Counted from the first letter of the stretch, positions 40,398 to 50,117 are shown. The stretch is 64,000 nucleotides of DNA from Candidatus Doudnabacteria bacterium (GCA_016182875.1 JACPFQ010000010.1:1268-65267), one strand, 5' to 3'. Program-made: numbers and translations. The notes: generated by a model not told the origin, from the letters alone.

Positions 40398-41007
40398 TTT
40401 CTAGAAGCTGATTTAAATCGCCGATTTCAAAAAACTGATGCTCGGTCCACTTAAGACTGGAATCATTGCTATTTATGTTATAAACCCGGGTTTTAAAATT
40501 TGCGCCCTCATCCTGTAAATGCTTTGCGGCATCCAGGAAAAACCGGCAATTTTCACGGCTGTTATCCGTATAAACTATTGTATCATAACCGGCAACAAGC
40601 TTCTTAACCAGAATGTCTTTAAGCATCGCTTCTGTTTTGATATTCGTGTTCCCGTAGTCAAAAGTGCTATGGACTTCTCTGATGTAATCGCGCGGGTCAA
40701 TGCCATACTTTCTTACGATCTGCTCAGCCCGCCAATCCATCTGTTCGGGGTTGCCAGTCGTGAATACCGCATTGTTTTTGGTCCAACCCAAAACTTCCTC
40801 GAAATGTTCGGCTAGATCAAGATCAAACAACCCCTTCCGGTACGGCCGTTCGTAAGCGTACTCATAATCTCTGGGGCTAATGGTCTTTAGATCGAATCCG
40901 AGCGACTCAATATAAGCGTCAAAGTTTGGGAAGCCGCTTTTTCGGCTGTCCCATCGCTCCAGAAACAAAGTGTCCGCCAAATCCCAAAGGTACAAAGTCT
41001 TACTCAT
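40369..41007 (-). CDS. HAD-like hydrolase / nucleotidase-like (weak)
   Basis: N-terminal LYLWDLADTLF, a DxDxT-like motif. Confidence 0.35.
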   Translation of the reverse strand: MSKTLYLWDLADTLFLERWDSRKSGFPNFDAYIESLGFDLKTISPRDYEYAYERPYRKGLFDLDLAEHFEEVLGWTKNNAVFTTGNPEQMDWRAEQIVRKYGIDPRDYIREVHSTFDYGNTNIKTEAMLKDILVKKLVAGYDTIVYTDNSRENCRFFLDAAKHLQDEGANFKTRVYNINSNDSSLKWTEHQFFEIGDLNQLLENEIKESKTD

Positions 41008-41013
41008 TGCAAA

Positions 41014-42495
41014 TTATTTTATTTTCCTCACCCACCCATGATTGGCATTGACCTCGACTATGTCGCCGTCTTTCAAAACTTCGGTGGCGATCTTGGTGCC
41101 GATGATGCAGGGGATGCCCAGCTCGCGGCTGACAATCGCGGCGTGCGAAGTGATGCCTCCTTCGTTGGTGACGATTGCCGCGGCTTTCTTCATGGCCACC
41201 ACGTAATCCGGCCGGGTCATGACCGCCACCAAAATATCGCCGGCCCTGACTTTGCCCACTTCCGAAGAAGATTTAAGCACCTTCACCGGCCCAATGGCCT
41301 TGCCCGTGGATGCCGAAAGCCCGCGGAAGTCATCGACTTCTTCCTGTTTTCTGCGGCCGAACATGGCAGATTTAAGAGCCTCAACGTCGCGGCCGGTGAA
41401 AAATTTGGCATACTGCCTCGTGGCAATCACCGCCGAACCTTTCATGCGCTCCTGCAAAATTTTTCGGCTCGGATTTCCGGACTTAATAATGTCCGGTATT
41501 TCCGAGGGTCCGGCGTACTTTAATTCATCTAAAGTATAGTGTGCCTTTTTGGCGATGGCAGACAGAATTTGACAGCCCATGTGGATATTCAGATAGGTAG
41601 CGCGCTTGCGCTGGTCCTGCCATGCCGTAAAGTCATCGGAAATTTGCAGCAGGGTCCGCAAAAAAACCGAAAGCTTGTACTGCCTAAATAATTTTTGCTT
41701 CGCTATTTTATTTCTTGCCGGTGTTTCTTCAATCTGCCGCAGCTCTTCTGCCAAATTCTTTTTGCTTTGCTTCCAGGCTTTAATTTCCTGTTCAAACTCG
41801 GCAACGCTGAGCACGTGGGCGCGAATGTAATTATTACTGGTCCAGAAAAATTTCTTCTGATGATCTTTGAGCGAATCTTTGGACTTGCCCAAAATTATTT
41901 TAAGCAGGCTGATCTCAGCTTCACTTATGAAAGATTGTCTGGTGGGAGCGGAAGCGACGGCGAAAATCTTGGCCAAATCCGATGTTTTGAGATTTCTGCC
42001 ATATTTTGTTACTTCTTTTTTCAGCATGTCGGCCACCAGCTCATCCGTGCCCAAAGCAAAGTGGTCGATGATTGCCGAGGAAGTGAAGCGCTTGACTCCA
42101 GCGATATGATAGCGCTCCCAAGCTTGCGCCAAGGAGGCTTTGGATAACTTTTTCAAATCAGCCTTTTGCAGTTTCTTAAACAGTCTTTCAAAAATTTGTT
42201 CGTCCTTCTTCCATAGGCGCATAAGCTTGCGGGAAAAGTCGGGGTCTTTTTTGGCAAGCTTAAGAATTACGCGAACGCCGCGCTTTATATCTTTCTGGTC
42301 CAGGTACCAGTCAACTTTTCCCCGGTCAAAAAAGCAGACGCGCACATCCGCCTCGGTTCCAGCCGGCTTGCGGGGTTCTTTTTTCGGCTCTGCCTCCCAA
42401 ATAAACCCGATAAACATTGGTGAGCCATCAAACCGCTGATGGTACCATTCTCGGTTCTTCAATTGGCCTAAATTATAGCTTTTTAATAGTTTCAT
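41014..42495 (-). CDS. paralog 2: variable N-domain + PEP-utilising phosphohistidine domain
   Basis: C-terminus [28 protein letters not shown]...[11 protein letters not shown]. Confidence 0.8.
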   Translation of the reverse strand: MKLLKSYNLGQLKNREWYHQRFDGSPMFIGFIWEAEPKKEPRKPAGTEADVRVCFFDRGKVDWYLDQKDIKRGVRVILKLAKKDPDFSRKLMRLWKKDEQIFERLFKKLQKADLKKLSKASLAQAWERYHIAGVKRFTSSAIIDHFALGTDELVADMLKKEVTKYGRNLKTSDLAKIFAVASAPTRQSFISEAEISLLKIILGKSKDSLKDHQKKFFWTSNNYIRAHVLSVAEFEQEIKAWKQSKKNLAEELRQIEETPARNKIAKQKLFRQYKLSVFLRTLLQISDDFTAWQDQRKRATYLNIHMGCQILSAIAKKAHYTLDELKYAGPSEIPDIIKSGNPSRKILQERMKGSAVIATRQYAKFFTGRDVEALKSAMFGRRKQEEVDDFRGLSASTGKAIGPVKVLKSSSEVGKVRAGDILVAVMTRPDYVVAMKKAAAIVTNEGGITSHAAIVSRELGIPCIIGTKIATEVLKDGDIVEVNANHGWVRKIK

Positions 42496-43940
42496 TTCTT
42501 AGCTTTCGTTAATATTTTAACCATTCCTAAATTTGCATCAACTTCCACCAAGTCCCCAGTTTTTAGAACTTTCGTGGCGACCTTAGTCCCGATTATGCAG
42601 GGAATTCCAAGTTCCCGCGAGACAATCGCCGCATGCGATGTAATCCCACCCTCATCTGTAATAATAGCCGAGGCTTTATGCATAAACGGCACAAAGTCCG
42701 GCCGGGTCATGGTCGTGACCAGTATTCTGCCGTCGATAAATTTTTCCTTATGAGGATTGATGACGACGCAGACCTGGCCCTTGAAGCGGCGGACAGGTGC
42801 GGAGGCAACAAAGCCCCAAAACGACTGAACCTGCCTGGTGCGGAAGCGATCAAAAATTGCCTGGGCCTGCTTGCCAACATAAATTTTTTCGTCCAATCCT
42901 GTTTTTGTCAAACTCGTGACGATCACCGAAAACCTTCTGCGCTGTTTGGGAATTCTCGAATCCAGCTTAACTTTTTTTATTAATAAATTTACAGCTTCTT
43001 CTGGGGTATAATAATTAAGCAAGTCTTTGGGAACTTTTGTTCTTCTGATGATTTCATCCAAAAGGGAATCAACATAATAAATCATATGCAGAGCGCCGAA
43101 CTTTCTTTCGTCAATCCAGCGGCTCATGATTCGCAAAAGTTCAAATGTCTTGGCCATTCTTGGAGTCAAACTAAATTCTGCCAAAAGCTGAGTTTGATGC
43201 TTTTTTAGATTGAGGGCTTTACTTTGCAAGCCCCTTATCTCTCGTTGAACCTGTTCTCGATTTTTTGACTTCAATAATATTTTGGCCTGATTCTGGAAAT
43301 AGTTCTTATCCAATGCTTTGTGGCCAGTATAGTTGTTCTGCGACCAATGATATTTCTCGGCAAAGGCTTTGAAGTTTGGTTTTCTCTTGAGGCACTCTTG
43401 GAGAAACTCCAGCCTTTCCCGTTCAATAAATGAAAGCATGGGATATGTTGAAAGAATCAAACTGGCTTCCGCCGGAACGTTTTGATCCAGTAATTCTTGA
43501 TCAGAATAAATGTCAGCAGACTCGGGAATAATAGAATGAGTGAAATGGAGGACGGATAAATCATAAACCTCTCGATAGACAGCGGCCAATTTTCTATCAG
43601 AAAATTTTTTTCTTCCCGTGACCGCCCATTCTCCTCTCTGGATCAGCTGTTTCTGGACAGCTTTGTATTTTTTGTACCAAAGCAGAACTTTGCGCGGATT
43701 GCGCAGGTACAGATTTAGAATTTTATGGAACTGCCTGAGCTTTTCTTGCTCTGAAGTTTTTTCCAGAACTAGGTCACTTTTATAAAGAGCCAGGCAGATG
43801 CTCAAAAATTTCTGCTTGTAAACGTGGCTTTGCATGATGAAACATCGCCAAGCACAGATAGTCAACTGATAGTTGCTGGGCATGTCCTCACTCCACCAGG
43901 TGTCTTTTTTGATTTTCCCGATAATTTGTTCAAAGATCAT
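42492..43940 (-). CDS. paralog 1: variable N-domain + PEP-utilising phosphohistidine domain; ATGA-coupled to the upstream ATP-grasp gene
   Basis: C-terminus [28 protein letters not shown]...[11 protein letters not shown]. Start at MIFEQ overlaps the stop of 43937..44872. Confidence 0.75.
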   Translation of the reverse strand: MIFEQIIGKIKKDTWWSEDMPSNYQLTICAWRCFIMQSHVYKQKFLSICLALYKSDLVLEKTSEQEKLRQFHKILNLYLRNPRKVLLWYKKYKAVQKQLIQRGEWAVTGRKKFSDRKLAAVYREVYDLSVLHFTHSIIPESADIYSDQELLDQNVPAEASLILSTYPMLSFIERERLEFLQECLKRKPNFKAFAEKYHWSQNNYTGHKALDKNYFQNQAKILLKSKNREQVQREIRGLQSKALNLKKHQTQLLAEFSLTPRMAKTFELLRIMSRWIDERKFGALHMIYYVDSLLDEIIRRTKVPKDLLNYYTPEEAVNLLIKKVKLDSRIPKQRRRFSVIVTSLTKTGLDEKIYVGKQAQAIFDRFRTRQVQSFWGFVASAPVRRFKGQVCVVINPHKEKFIDGRILVTTMTRPDFVPFMHKASAIITDEGGITSHAAIVSRELGIPCIIGTKVATKVLKTGDLVEVDANLGMVKILTKAKK

Positions 43941-44872
43941 AACGTAGTGATTGGCCGAGATTGAGTGATGTAAAATTTGCCGCGAACAAAAGCCCATTCT
44001 ATGTCTTGAGGTTTTTTGTAGTGTTTCTCAATGCCTTTGCAAATTTTTGCCAGCTCCACGATTTGCTTGCCGGTTAGCTTCTGCCTTCCGCCGGCTTTGG
44101 CTGATAATTTTTTGTGCAAGTTTTTATTTCCTGCCCGCACGATCATCATGCTTTGCTCCGAGACATTTATATCCAGAATCGAAAGGTCGTCTTTGTGGAC
44201 CACGTAAGTATCCGGGGTTACTGAACCGGAAACTATGGCTTCGCCCAAACCAAACCCGGCCTCAATCACCATTTGATTGCGGTCTTTAGTGACCGGGTGC
44301 ACGGTGAAGCAAATGCCGGAAATTTCCGACTGGATCATGGCCTGCACGACCACGGCGACGGAAACCGGCTTTTTATGCAGTTTCTTTTCGAAGCGATAGA
44401 AAATCGCGCGCGGCGTGAACAGCGAGCTCCAGCACTTTTGCACGTTTTTCAAAAGGTCTTTTTCGGTCGTGTTCAAATACGTTTCAAGCTGGCCGGCCCA
44501 AGCGGCGGTCGAGCTATCTTCGGCCGTGGCCGAGGAGCGGACAGCTACAAACTTGCTCTTAAGCCGCCGAAAGTGACTTTTAACCTCTTCGGCCACATCT
44601 TTGGGCATTTTAGCTTTCTCAATCAACCCTCGAATATCTTCCGATGCTTCCTCGACCGAATTTATATCCTTATGGTTGACCTTCTTCAAAGCCGCCTCGA
44701 CTTCGGCGTCCAAATCCGTCTCCTCCAGGAACTGGTCAAATGCGGAGGCAACAACCACAAAACCCGGCGGAACCGTAATACCCGCCTGAGTCATTTCCCC
44801 AAGCGAAGCGCCTTTGCCCCCGGCGATTGACACATCTTTTTTTGATAGTTGCCTGAATATTTTGACGAACAT
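43937..44872 (-). CDS. stand-alone PPDK_N-type ATP-grasp nucleotide-binding domain protein (PEP synthase / rifampin phosphotransferase N-domain-like)
   Basis: [10 protein letters not shown]...VPPGFVV...[11 protein letters not shown]...DIEWAF...ITQSRP matches the PEP/pyruvate-binding ATP-grasp signature; 311 aa. Confidence 0.8.
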   Translation of the reverse strand: MFVKIFRQLSKKDVSIAGGKGASLGEMTQAGITVPPGFVVVASAFDQFLEETDLDAEVEAALKKVNHKDINSVEEASEDIRGLIEKAKMPKDVAEEVKSHFRRLKSKFVAVRSSATAEDSSTAAWAGQLETYLNTTEKDLLKNVQKCWSSLFTPRAIFYRFEKKLHKKPVSVAVVVQAMIQSEISGICFTVHPVTKDRNQMVIEAGFGLGEAIVSGSVTPDTYVVHKDDLSILDINVSEQSMMIVRAGNKNLHKKLSAKAGGRQKLTGKQIVELAKICKGIEKHYKKPQDIEWAFVRGKFYITQSRPITTL

Positions 44873-44873
44873 T

Positions 44874-44892
44874 GCTATACGTTCAGTATAGC
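44874..44892. promoter_or_regulatory. perfect palindrome gctatac-gttca-gtatagc abutting the ATP-grasp gene start
   Basis: 7-5-7 inverted repeat 2 nt upstream of the start codon. Confidence 0.35.
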
Positions 44893-45004
44893 ATTTTCCG
44901 TAGTATTTGTTTGCGCTTCTTCGTTGACTTTTGTGAGCCCGATAATTGAAACTGCCAAAGTAAAGCCGCTATGACGATAAGCCAAGGACCTAGTTTATAT
45001 TGGT

Positions 45005-45427
45005 TCAAATCTTGAAAAATTCGCGGGCCTGAAGCTCATCATCTTTCATCTGGTCTATAAGCGCTTCTTTGGTTTCGAACTTCTGGTTATCGCGTATCTT
45101 TTTGATAATCTCGACTTCCAGTTCACAGCCATAAATCTCCTGGCTAAAATCAAGGATATGAACCTCGACCAAGGTTTTGGTTTCGTCGAAGGTTTCCGCC
45201 TTGCCTATAAAAATCAGCGCAGGGAGGCCAGTGTTTTTGAAAAGCTTGGCATGCGGCAGCAGCTTGCGCAAAAACAGCGGCGGGAGTTTGCCGCCGGTGA
45301 TATTTTTTACTAACCCAAGATAGATGCCCTCTGGTAACTCTATTTTGGCATCCAAATTCGCCGTTGGGTAGCTAAGTCGCTTACCACGGCCGAGGTGTTT
45401 GATGACTTTACCTGAAATACTTGTCAT
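45005..45427 (-). CDS. riboflavin kinase
   Basis: Contains KVIKHLGRGKRLSYPTANLD, a flavokinase motif. Confidence 0.7.
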   Translation of the reverse strand: MTSISGKVIKHLGRGKRLSYPTANLDAKIELPEGIYLGLVKNITGGKLPPLFLRKLLPHAKLFKNTGLPALIFIGKAETFDETKTLVEVHILDFSQEIYGCELEVEIIKKIRDNQKFETKEALIDQMKDDELQAREFFKI

Positions 45428-45428
45428 G

Positions 45429-45824
45429 TTATTTGCTGTTCGAACGAAGCTGAGAACTTTTATAAATACTCGGCCTAAAAGCCTTCAGCCGAACCACTTT
45501 CGCGATTTTTTTGAGCTGATTCATGCTCACATAAGGCATCTGGTCATAACCAAGCGCAATTACATCCGGCTTCTCTTTACGAATATGCGGCCAGGGATTT
45601 TTTAGTCCACCCAAAACCACTTTATCTATAAACGGTAATTTTTTAAGCGCGGCGGTTCTTGTTTTTTCGCTCTGTGAAGTTTTATGCCTCTTAACCTTTC
45701 TAACGTTTGCGTCTCTGGCAACCGAAACCACCAGATAGTCACCAAGCTTTTTCGCCTGCTTCAAAAAATCTACATGCCCCGGGTGCAGTAAATCAAATAC
45801 TCCAAAGACCATGACTTTTTTCAT
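45429..45824 (-). CDS. cytidylyl/adenylyl-transferase-like (HxGH) protein, probable FMN adenylyltransferase partner of riboflavin kinase
   Basis: Contains VFGVFDLLHPGHVDFL, a (T/H)xGH nucleotidyltransferase motif. Adjacent to, and 2 nt from, the riboflavin kinase gene. Confidence 0.5.
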   Translation of the reverse strand: MKKVMVFGVFDLLHPGHVDFLKQAKKLGDYLVVSVARDANVRKVKRHKTSQSEKTRTAALKKLPFIDKVVLGGLKNPWPHIRKEKPDVIALGYDQMPYVSMNQLKKIAKVVRLKAFRPSIYKSSQLRSNSK

Positions 45825-45825
45825 A
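45752..45825. repeat. 74-bp direct repeat copy 1 (5' end of nucleotidyltransferase gene)
   Basis: Matches 46635-46708 at about 70 of 74 positions. Confidence 0.8.
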
Positions 45826-46627
45826 TCAGTTTTTTAAAACCGAGCAGTCTTTGCAGATGATGATAATTATCAAAGGTCGATAATCCCTTCAGAAAGAATT
45901 TAAAAAAGTTTCCGAAGGGGACATAAAGCCTGACCTTGAAATTTTCTTTGACTAATCGCTCGGCTTGCTTATCTCTCACGCCGCGAAAAAATTGGAGCTC
46001 GGCATGCTTCAAATTTCTATCCCTAATAATCTTTTTGGCTTTTTCAACCAGTATTAAATCATGCGTGGCAATGCAGGGGCGGTCGCTTTGTTCCAACAAA
46101 ATTTCCATCAATCGTGAATAGTTTTCCGTTACTCTCGACCAGTCTTTAAAGTCACTGGGTTTATAAAAACCCTTCACCAATCTCATCGCTACGCGTCTCT
46201 GAAGCAGGTACTTCATGTCCGCCTCGGTTCGGTCTAGGTAGGCTTGGAGGCAAATTCCTATATTTTTATGTTTGTCATAAATATCATCAAATATCTCAAT
46301 AGTGGCTTCAACAGTTATCTTACGCTCCATATCTAGCCATACAAAGTTGCCGAGCCTCTCGGCCTCTTCGACTATGGAACGAATGGCTTGCTTGGCCCAA
46401 GCCATGGTCTTGTATACACCAAACTGGTGAAGCTTCAGCGTTACATCCGAATTTAGGTTTTCCTTTTGGATTTTATTCAGAACTTGGAAGTAGATTTGTC
46501 TGTTCCGTTCAACTTCTTGTTCTGTAGTTGAAATAACAGGCAGGTAAGACAAACTGACTGCTATTCCTTTTCTGTTAATCTTTCCTGAAACTTCTGCGGC
46601 CTTATCAAGATTAGTAAGAATCTTCAT
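45821..46627 (-). CDS. proline dehydrogenase family protein
   Basis: PRODH-like TIM-barrel motifs (RLVKG, LQFFRGVRDKQ, VRLYVPFG). Confidence 0.6.
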   Translation of the reverse strand: MKILTNLDKAAEVSGKINRKGIAVSLSYLPVISTTEQEVERNRQIYFQVLNKIQKENLNSDVTLKLHQFGVYKTMAWAKQAIRSIVEEAERLGNFVWLDMERKITVEATIEIFDDIYDKHKNIGICLQAYLDRTEADMKYLLQRRVAMRLVKGFYKPSDFKDWSRVTENYSRLMEILLEQSDRPCIATHDLILVEKAKKIIRDRNLKHAELQFFRGVRDKQAERLVKENFKVRLYVPFGNFFKFFLKGLSTFDNYHHLQRLLGFKKLI

Positions 46628-46634
46628 ATTTTGG

Positions 46635-46708
46635 TCGCCTGCTTCAAAAAATCTACATGCCCTGGGTGCAGCAAATCAAACACGCCAAAGACCATGACTT
46701 TTTTCATA
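46635..46708. repeat. 74-bp direct repeat copy 2 (encodes a 27-aa N-terminal fragment MKKVMVFGVFDLLHPGHVDFLKQATKI* ending in ATGA with PRODH start)
   Basis: Duplicate of the nucleotidyltransferase 5' end. Confidence 0.8.
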
Positions 46709-47804
46709 AGGCCTTTCTTATAGCTGCAATTACCCGGCCATTTGTCCTTTTGTCTTTGACAGCAATCCTGATAAATCTGTCTTTTAACCGGTTGTCTGCA
46801 GCAAATGTTCGTATGAAGATATCCTGCTTCATAAGTTTCCGCGACAATTCTTTTGCGCCCATTTTACTCCCGGATAATTCTATCAGCACAAAATTTGCAA
46901 CTGAATCGTACGGTTTAAGTCCTTTAATCTGCGATAAGTTTTTAATTAGCTGGTTTCGCAATCTTCGAGTTTCCTGATACTTTTTTTGATAATAGTTTCT
47001 ATCTTTTAGGGCTTCAACGCCGGCGATTTGACCTATTAGTCCTACAGAAAAAGGCGGAATGAAACTTGCAACCCGGTCAGCAAGCTTGCTAGCAGCAACA
47101 AGATAACCCACCCTGACACCGCTTAAAGCATAGGCTTTAGACATTGACTTTATAATGACTAAATTCTCATGGCGTTTAACTTCCGATTCAAGCGACAGGT
47201 TGGAATCAACGTAATCGATATAGGTTTCATCTACTACCACCAAGGTATCCTCCGAAATAGACTTTAGTAACTTCAAAAATTTATTGCGCGGAATGTATTG
47301 GCCGGTCGGACTGTTGGGATTGACCAAAACCAACAACCGAGGCTTCTGTTTTTTAACCTCATTTATAAGTTGATTTATATCAACTTTGAAATCATTTTGT
47401 TTATGAAGATTGAATTTAATAATTCGAGAACGGGTAATGTACTTGAAGATATGCTCATATTCACCGTACATGGGATCGAGTACCATGACCCTGTCAGCCT
47501 TGCCAGCCATTCGAGGGAAAAAGGCAAACATCAAATCAGAAGAACCTCCTGAGACAAGAATATTCTCTTTCGGTATTTTTCTATATTTAGAAATAGTTTC
47601 GACCAAACCCTCGGAATGCGTAGGGCCAGAAGTCTTGATGTTAAACCTGAGATACTGTCTTATTTTATCGACAACTCTGGGTGAGGGATCAAACCACGCA
47701 TCTAACACGTCGGCGCTGATAACTTTTTTAGAGCGTTCATAAGTAGAAAAGTTTGGGCCTATGGCATTGAAAAATGCACCGCCGTGATAAGCATGCCTTC
47801 TCAT
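46704..47804 (-). CDS. class I/II aminotransferase (histidinol-phosphate aminotransferase-like)
   Basis: KSMSKAYALSGVRVGY PLP-Lys region; NPNSPTG. Confidence 0.7.
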   Translation of the reverse strand: MRRHAYHGGAFFNAIGPNFSTYERSKKVISADVLDAWFDPSPRVVDKIRQYLRFNIKTSGPTHSEGLVETISKYRKIPKENILVSGGSSDLMFAFFPRMAGKADRVMVLDPMYGEYEHIFKYITRSRIIKFNLHKQNDFKVDINQLINEVKKQKPRLLVLVNPNSPTGQYIPRNKFLKLLKSISEDTLVVVDETYIDYVDSNLSLESEVKRHENLVIIKSMSKAYALSGVRVGYLVAASKLADRVASFIPPFSVGLIGQIAGVEALKDRNYYQKKYQETRRLRNQLIKNLSQIKGLKPYDSVANFVLIELSGSKMGAKELSRKLMKQDIFIRTFAADNRLKDRFIRIAVKDKRTNGRVIAAIRKAL

Positions 47805-47807
47805 ATA

Positions 47808-48611
47808 TTAATCAACTTTATTTAATTCAAGGCAATAGCCTGGATAATATAGCCCAATTTCTTCTTTTTTGATATTTGATAAATCCACCCGTCCCCTTGG
47901 GCCATCTGAATAAACTCTGAACCCTTTGGCTAAAGCAATATTATACTCAGTCAAGCCATCATAAACGTTTATATTTTCTTCGTACACGCCTGCCGCCTTA
48001 TTGCAGGCAAACATAACTATACTGCTGACATCTTCACCAAAAGTTTCGATCTGAGCGAAACACAAGCCTTTATTTTTCAACTTAATCAATAATTCTTCAG
48101 AGATGTTTTTCTCGGGGTTGCCCACCCAATAAACAATAGTTCTCTGTGCTTCAGTTGGCAATGAGAAAGTTGGCGTTTCACCCAAAATAGAATAATTATT
48201 ATTCACTATTTTGAGAGTCCAATTTAACTTGGGATATCGAACAAACCTATAAAGAAAATTTTTGCCATCGTGAAGTGAGATGATCTGACTAAAGTATTTT
48301 CCATTTTTCGCGTAAATTGCCGTGCCATCAATCGGGTCTATCGCCAAGTAATACCTTCCTTGTTCGTTAAACTTACTTGCAAGAGGTGTTTTTTCTTCCG
48401 CCATTAGCCGACAATTTACTAAGTCAGTTTTACTCATCGCTTCCAATAGTAGTTCTTGAACTGCCAGATCAGCTTCAGTGACAATATCTTTTACAGGATT
48501 GCCACTATTGAACTTATTGTGATGCTTAACACCCTTCTGCATTTTGCAGGCTAGTTCTCCAGCCTGCATAAAAACAGGTTCAAGTTTTTCTAATGTCGCT
48601 ATTAAATCCAT
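47808..48611 (-). CDS. inositol-monophosphatase/FBPase-family phosphatase (divergent)
   Basis: Contains AIDPIDGT. Confidence 0.55.
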   Translation of the reverse strand: MDLIATLEKLEPVFMQAGELACKMQKGVKHHNKFNSGNPVKDIVTEADLAVQELLLEAMSKTDLVNCRLMAEEKTPLASKFNEQGRYYLAIDPIDGTAIYAKNGKYFSQIISLHDGKNFLYRFVRYPKLNWTLKIVNNNYSILGETPTFSLPTEAQRTIVYWVGNPEKNISEELLIKLKNKGLCFAQIETFGEDVSSIVMFACNKAAGVYEENINVYDGLTEYNIALAKGFRVYSDGPRGRVDLSNIKKEEIGLYYPGYCLELNKVD

Positions 48612-48617
48612 AAGAGA

Positions 48618-48857
48618 CTAAACCAAATGTTTTCTGGCAAATGCGAAGCCTGAACCTTGTTTTAAATACCTTTCGAAAGCATTTGCTTTCTGTTTATCAA
48701 CAAAAGCACAGTACCAAACTAAAGCGTAAGGCCGTTTTTGAGAAGTAAACTTTTGCCCGCCTTCGTTATGTTTCTGAAGTTGTTTCTCGACGTCAGTAGT
48801 ATAACCAGTATAATAGCTTCGATCTTTTTGACTTTGGATTATATAAACGTAATACAT
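48618..48857 (-). CDS. GIY-YIG nuclease-family protein (UPF0213/YhbQ-like)
   Basis: Start MYYVYIIQSQKDRSYYTGYTTDVEKQLQKH. Confidence 0.75.
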   Translation of the reverse strand: MYYVYIIQSQKDRSYYTGYTTDVEKQLQKHNEGGQKFTSQKRPYALVWYCAFVDKQKANAFERYLKQGSGFAFARKHLV

Positions 48858-48940
48858 GGCTTTGTAAAGTACTGCTTCGCCTTCTGCTTCGTTAAAACTT
48901 CGCAGGACACTGCTTGCACTGCGAAGCCTTGGCGAAGCAG

Positions 48941-49014
48941 TGGTCGGGGTATCCGGAATCGAACCGGAACTACATGCACCCCATGCACGCGGGCTACCAC
49001 TACCCCATACCCCG
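48941..49014 (-). tRNA. tRNA-Pro (anticodon GGG), manual fold
   Basis: 7-bp acceptor cggggta/taccccg, T-arm tccgg-ttcgatt-ccgga, anticodon loop atGGGgt and encoded CCA. D-stem is only 3 bp. Confidence 0.6.
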
Positions 49015-49191
49015 ATTAGTGGCTCACTAAGTATAAAAAATTTTAAAGAATAAAAAAAGGGCCCGAGGGAAGCGCAACGGCGCTTCCCTGGGCGGGTGAG
49101 GGCTTCGCGGCCCTCGGAAAAACCTTAGCCACTAAGGACCAAACGCTAGAGTCATCCAGCGCACTTACTGCTTCGCGGCAGTTCAGTGCGC

Positions 49192-49482
49192 TTACGGGCG
49201 GTTCAGGTCCTCGAGCTGGGCCCGATCGCGGGCGATCAGGCGCTCGAGCCGCCGAAGTCTGCGGGCACCTTCGCCCCAGGGTGCGATCGGGGCGTACTCT
49301 TCTCGCAGGAGTGCAAGTGCCTTGATGCGTTGTTCGATCGCACTCCCGAGGCGCCATCGAAGCCGTTCGATGGGGCTCCGTGGCCCGCGGGTGTGGGACT
49401 GGTCGTCCTCCTGACTCAAGGATTCCATACTCCTCCTCGAGTGCGAAGGTTCGCTGGGACCGCTGGTCGGCGTCATGGTCAT
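49192..49482 (-). CDS. small Arg-rich coiled-coil protein (island ORF)
   Basis: GGAGGA RBS 4 nt before ATG; GC-rich. Confidence 0.4.
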   Translation of the reverse strand: MTMTPTSGPSEPSHSRRSMESLSQEDDQSHTRGPRSPIERLRWRLGSAIEQRIKALALLREEYAPIAPWGEGARRLRRLERLIARDRAQLEDLNRP

Positions 49483-49901
49483 AGGCTCCTCCGTAACGAT
49501 GCTGCTTACTGATTGATGGGAAGTTCTGAGTCTTGCTTCAAAATCTTTTTGTGATTCTCAAGCAAATCCGGAACTTTTGGTATTTACTTCGACGCTGCGG
49601 AACGTCAGACGTTCCTGCGGTCGGAGTTGAAACTTTAGCTCGGCAAAAGTTTCAAAAAAACCGACTCTTTGGTCGGTTGAGAGGTCCTCGTGAGCTTATT
49701 GCTCTTGTACTTGCTCTAAACCGACCCATTGGCTGGACTTGGCAATGTAAACCAAGCCCCAAATGGTTGGGGTTGCGACCCTGGAAATAAGATTTGCGTA
49801 ATTACTGTTCATAACTAATGATAGTCTAAAGCAGGTAAAAATAAGTGTCAATCAAAGCAATTGAGGATAAAAAAAGTGGGGGTCGAAAACAGGCTCGACC
49901 C

Positions 49902-50117
49902 CTACGCGCCCTTAAAGTGTCCAAGCTCTTCGACGCGGCGATTGTACTCCTGCTGGAAGAGTGTGAACGCCCTGGCAGTCAGAACTTTCCTCCCGTCATG
50001 GCTGAAACGAAATACTTCGGGGAACTGCGGAGCCGACATGACGACCCGGAGACCGTCGGGCGTGAGCTGAGGGCGATTTTCATTTGATCGCTCGATGAAC
50101 AGAATGTTGTCCATCAT
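49902..50117 (-). CDS. small hypothetical protein (island ORF)
   Basis: AGGAGGA RBS followed by ATGATG. Confidence 0.4.
   Translation of the reverse strand: MMDNILFIERSNENRPQLTPDGLRVVMSAPQFPEVFRFSHDGRKVLTARAFTLFQQEYNRRVEELGHFKGA

Noticed and set aside
49043-49357. 104-aa ORF (Pro/Arg/Ala-rich) overlapping 49192..49482 in another frame
   Set aside because: Composition is an artefact of GC-rich DNA. The overlapping 96-aa ORF has a clear GGAGGA RBS and a more protein-like sequence.
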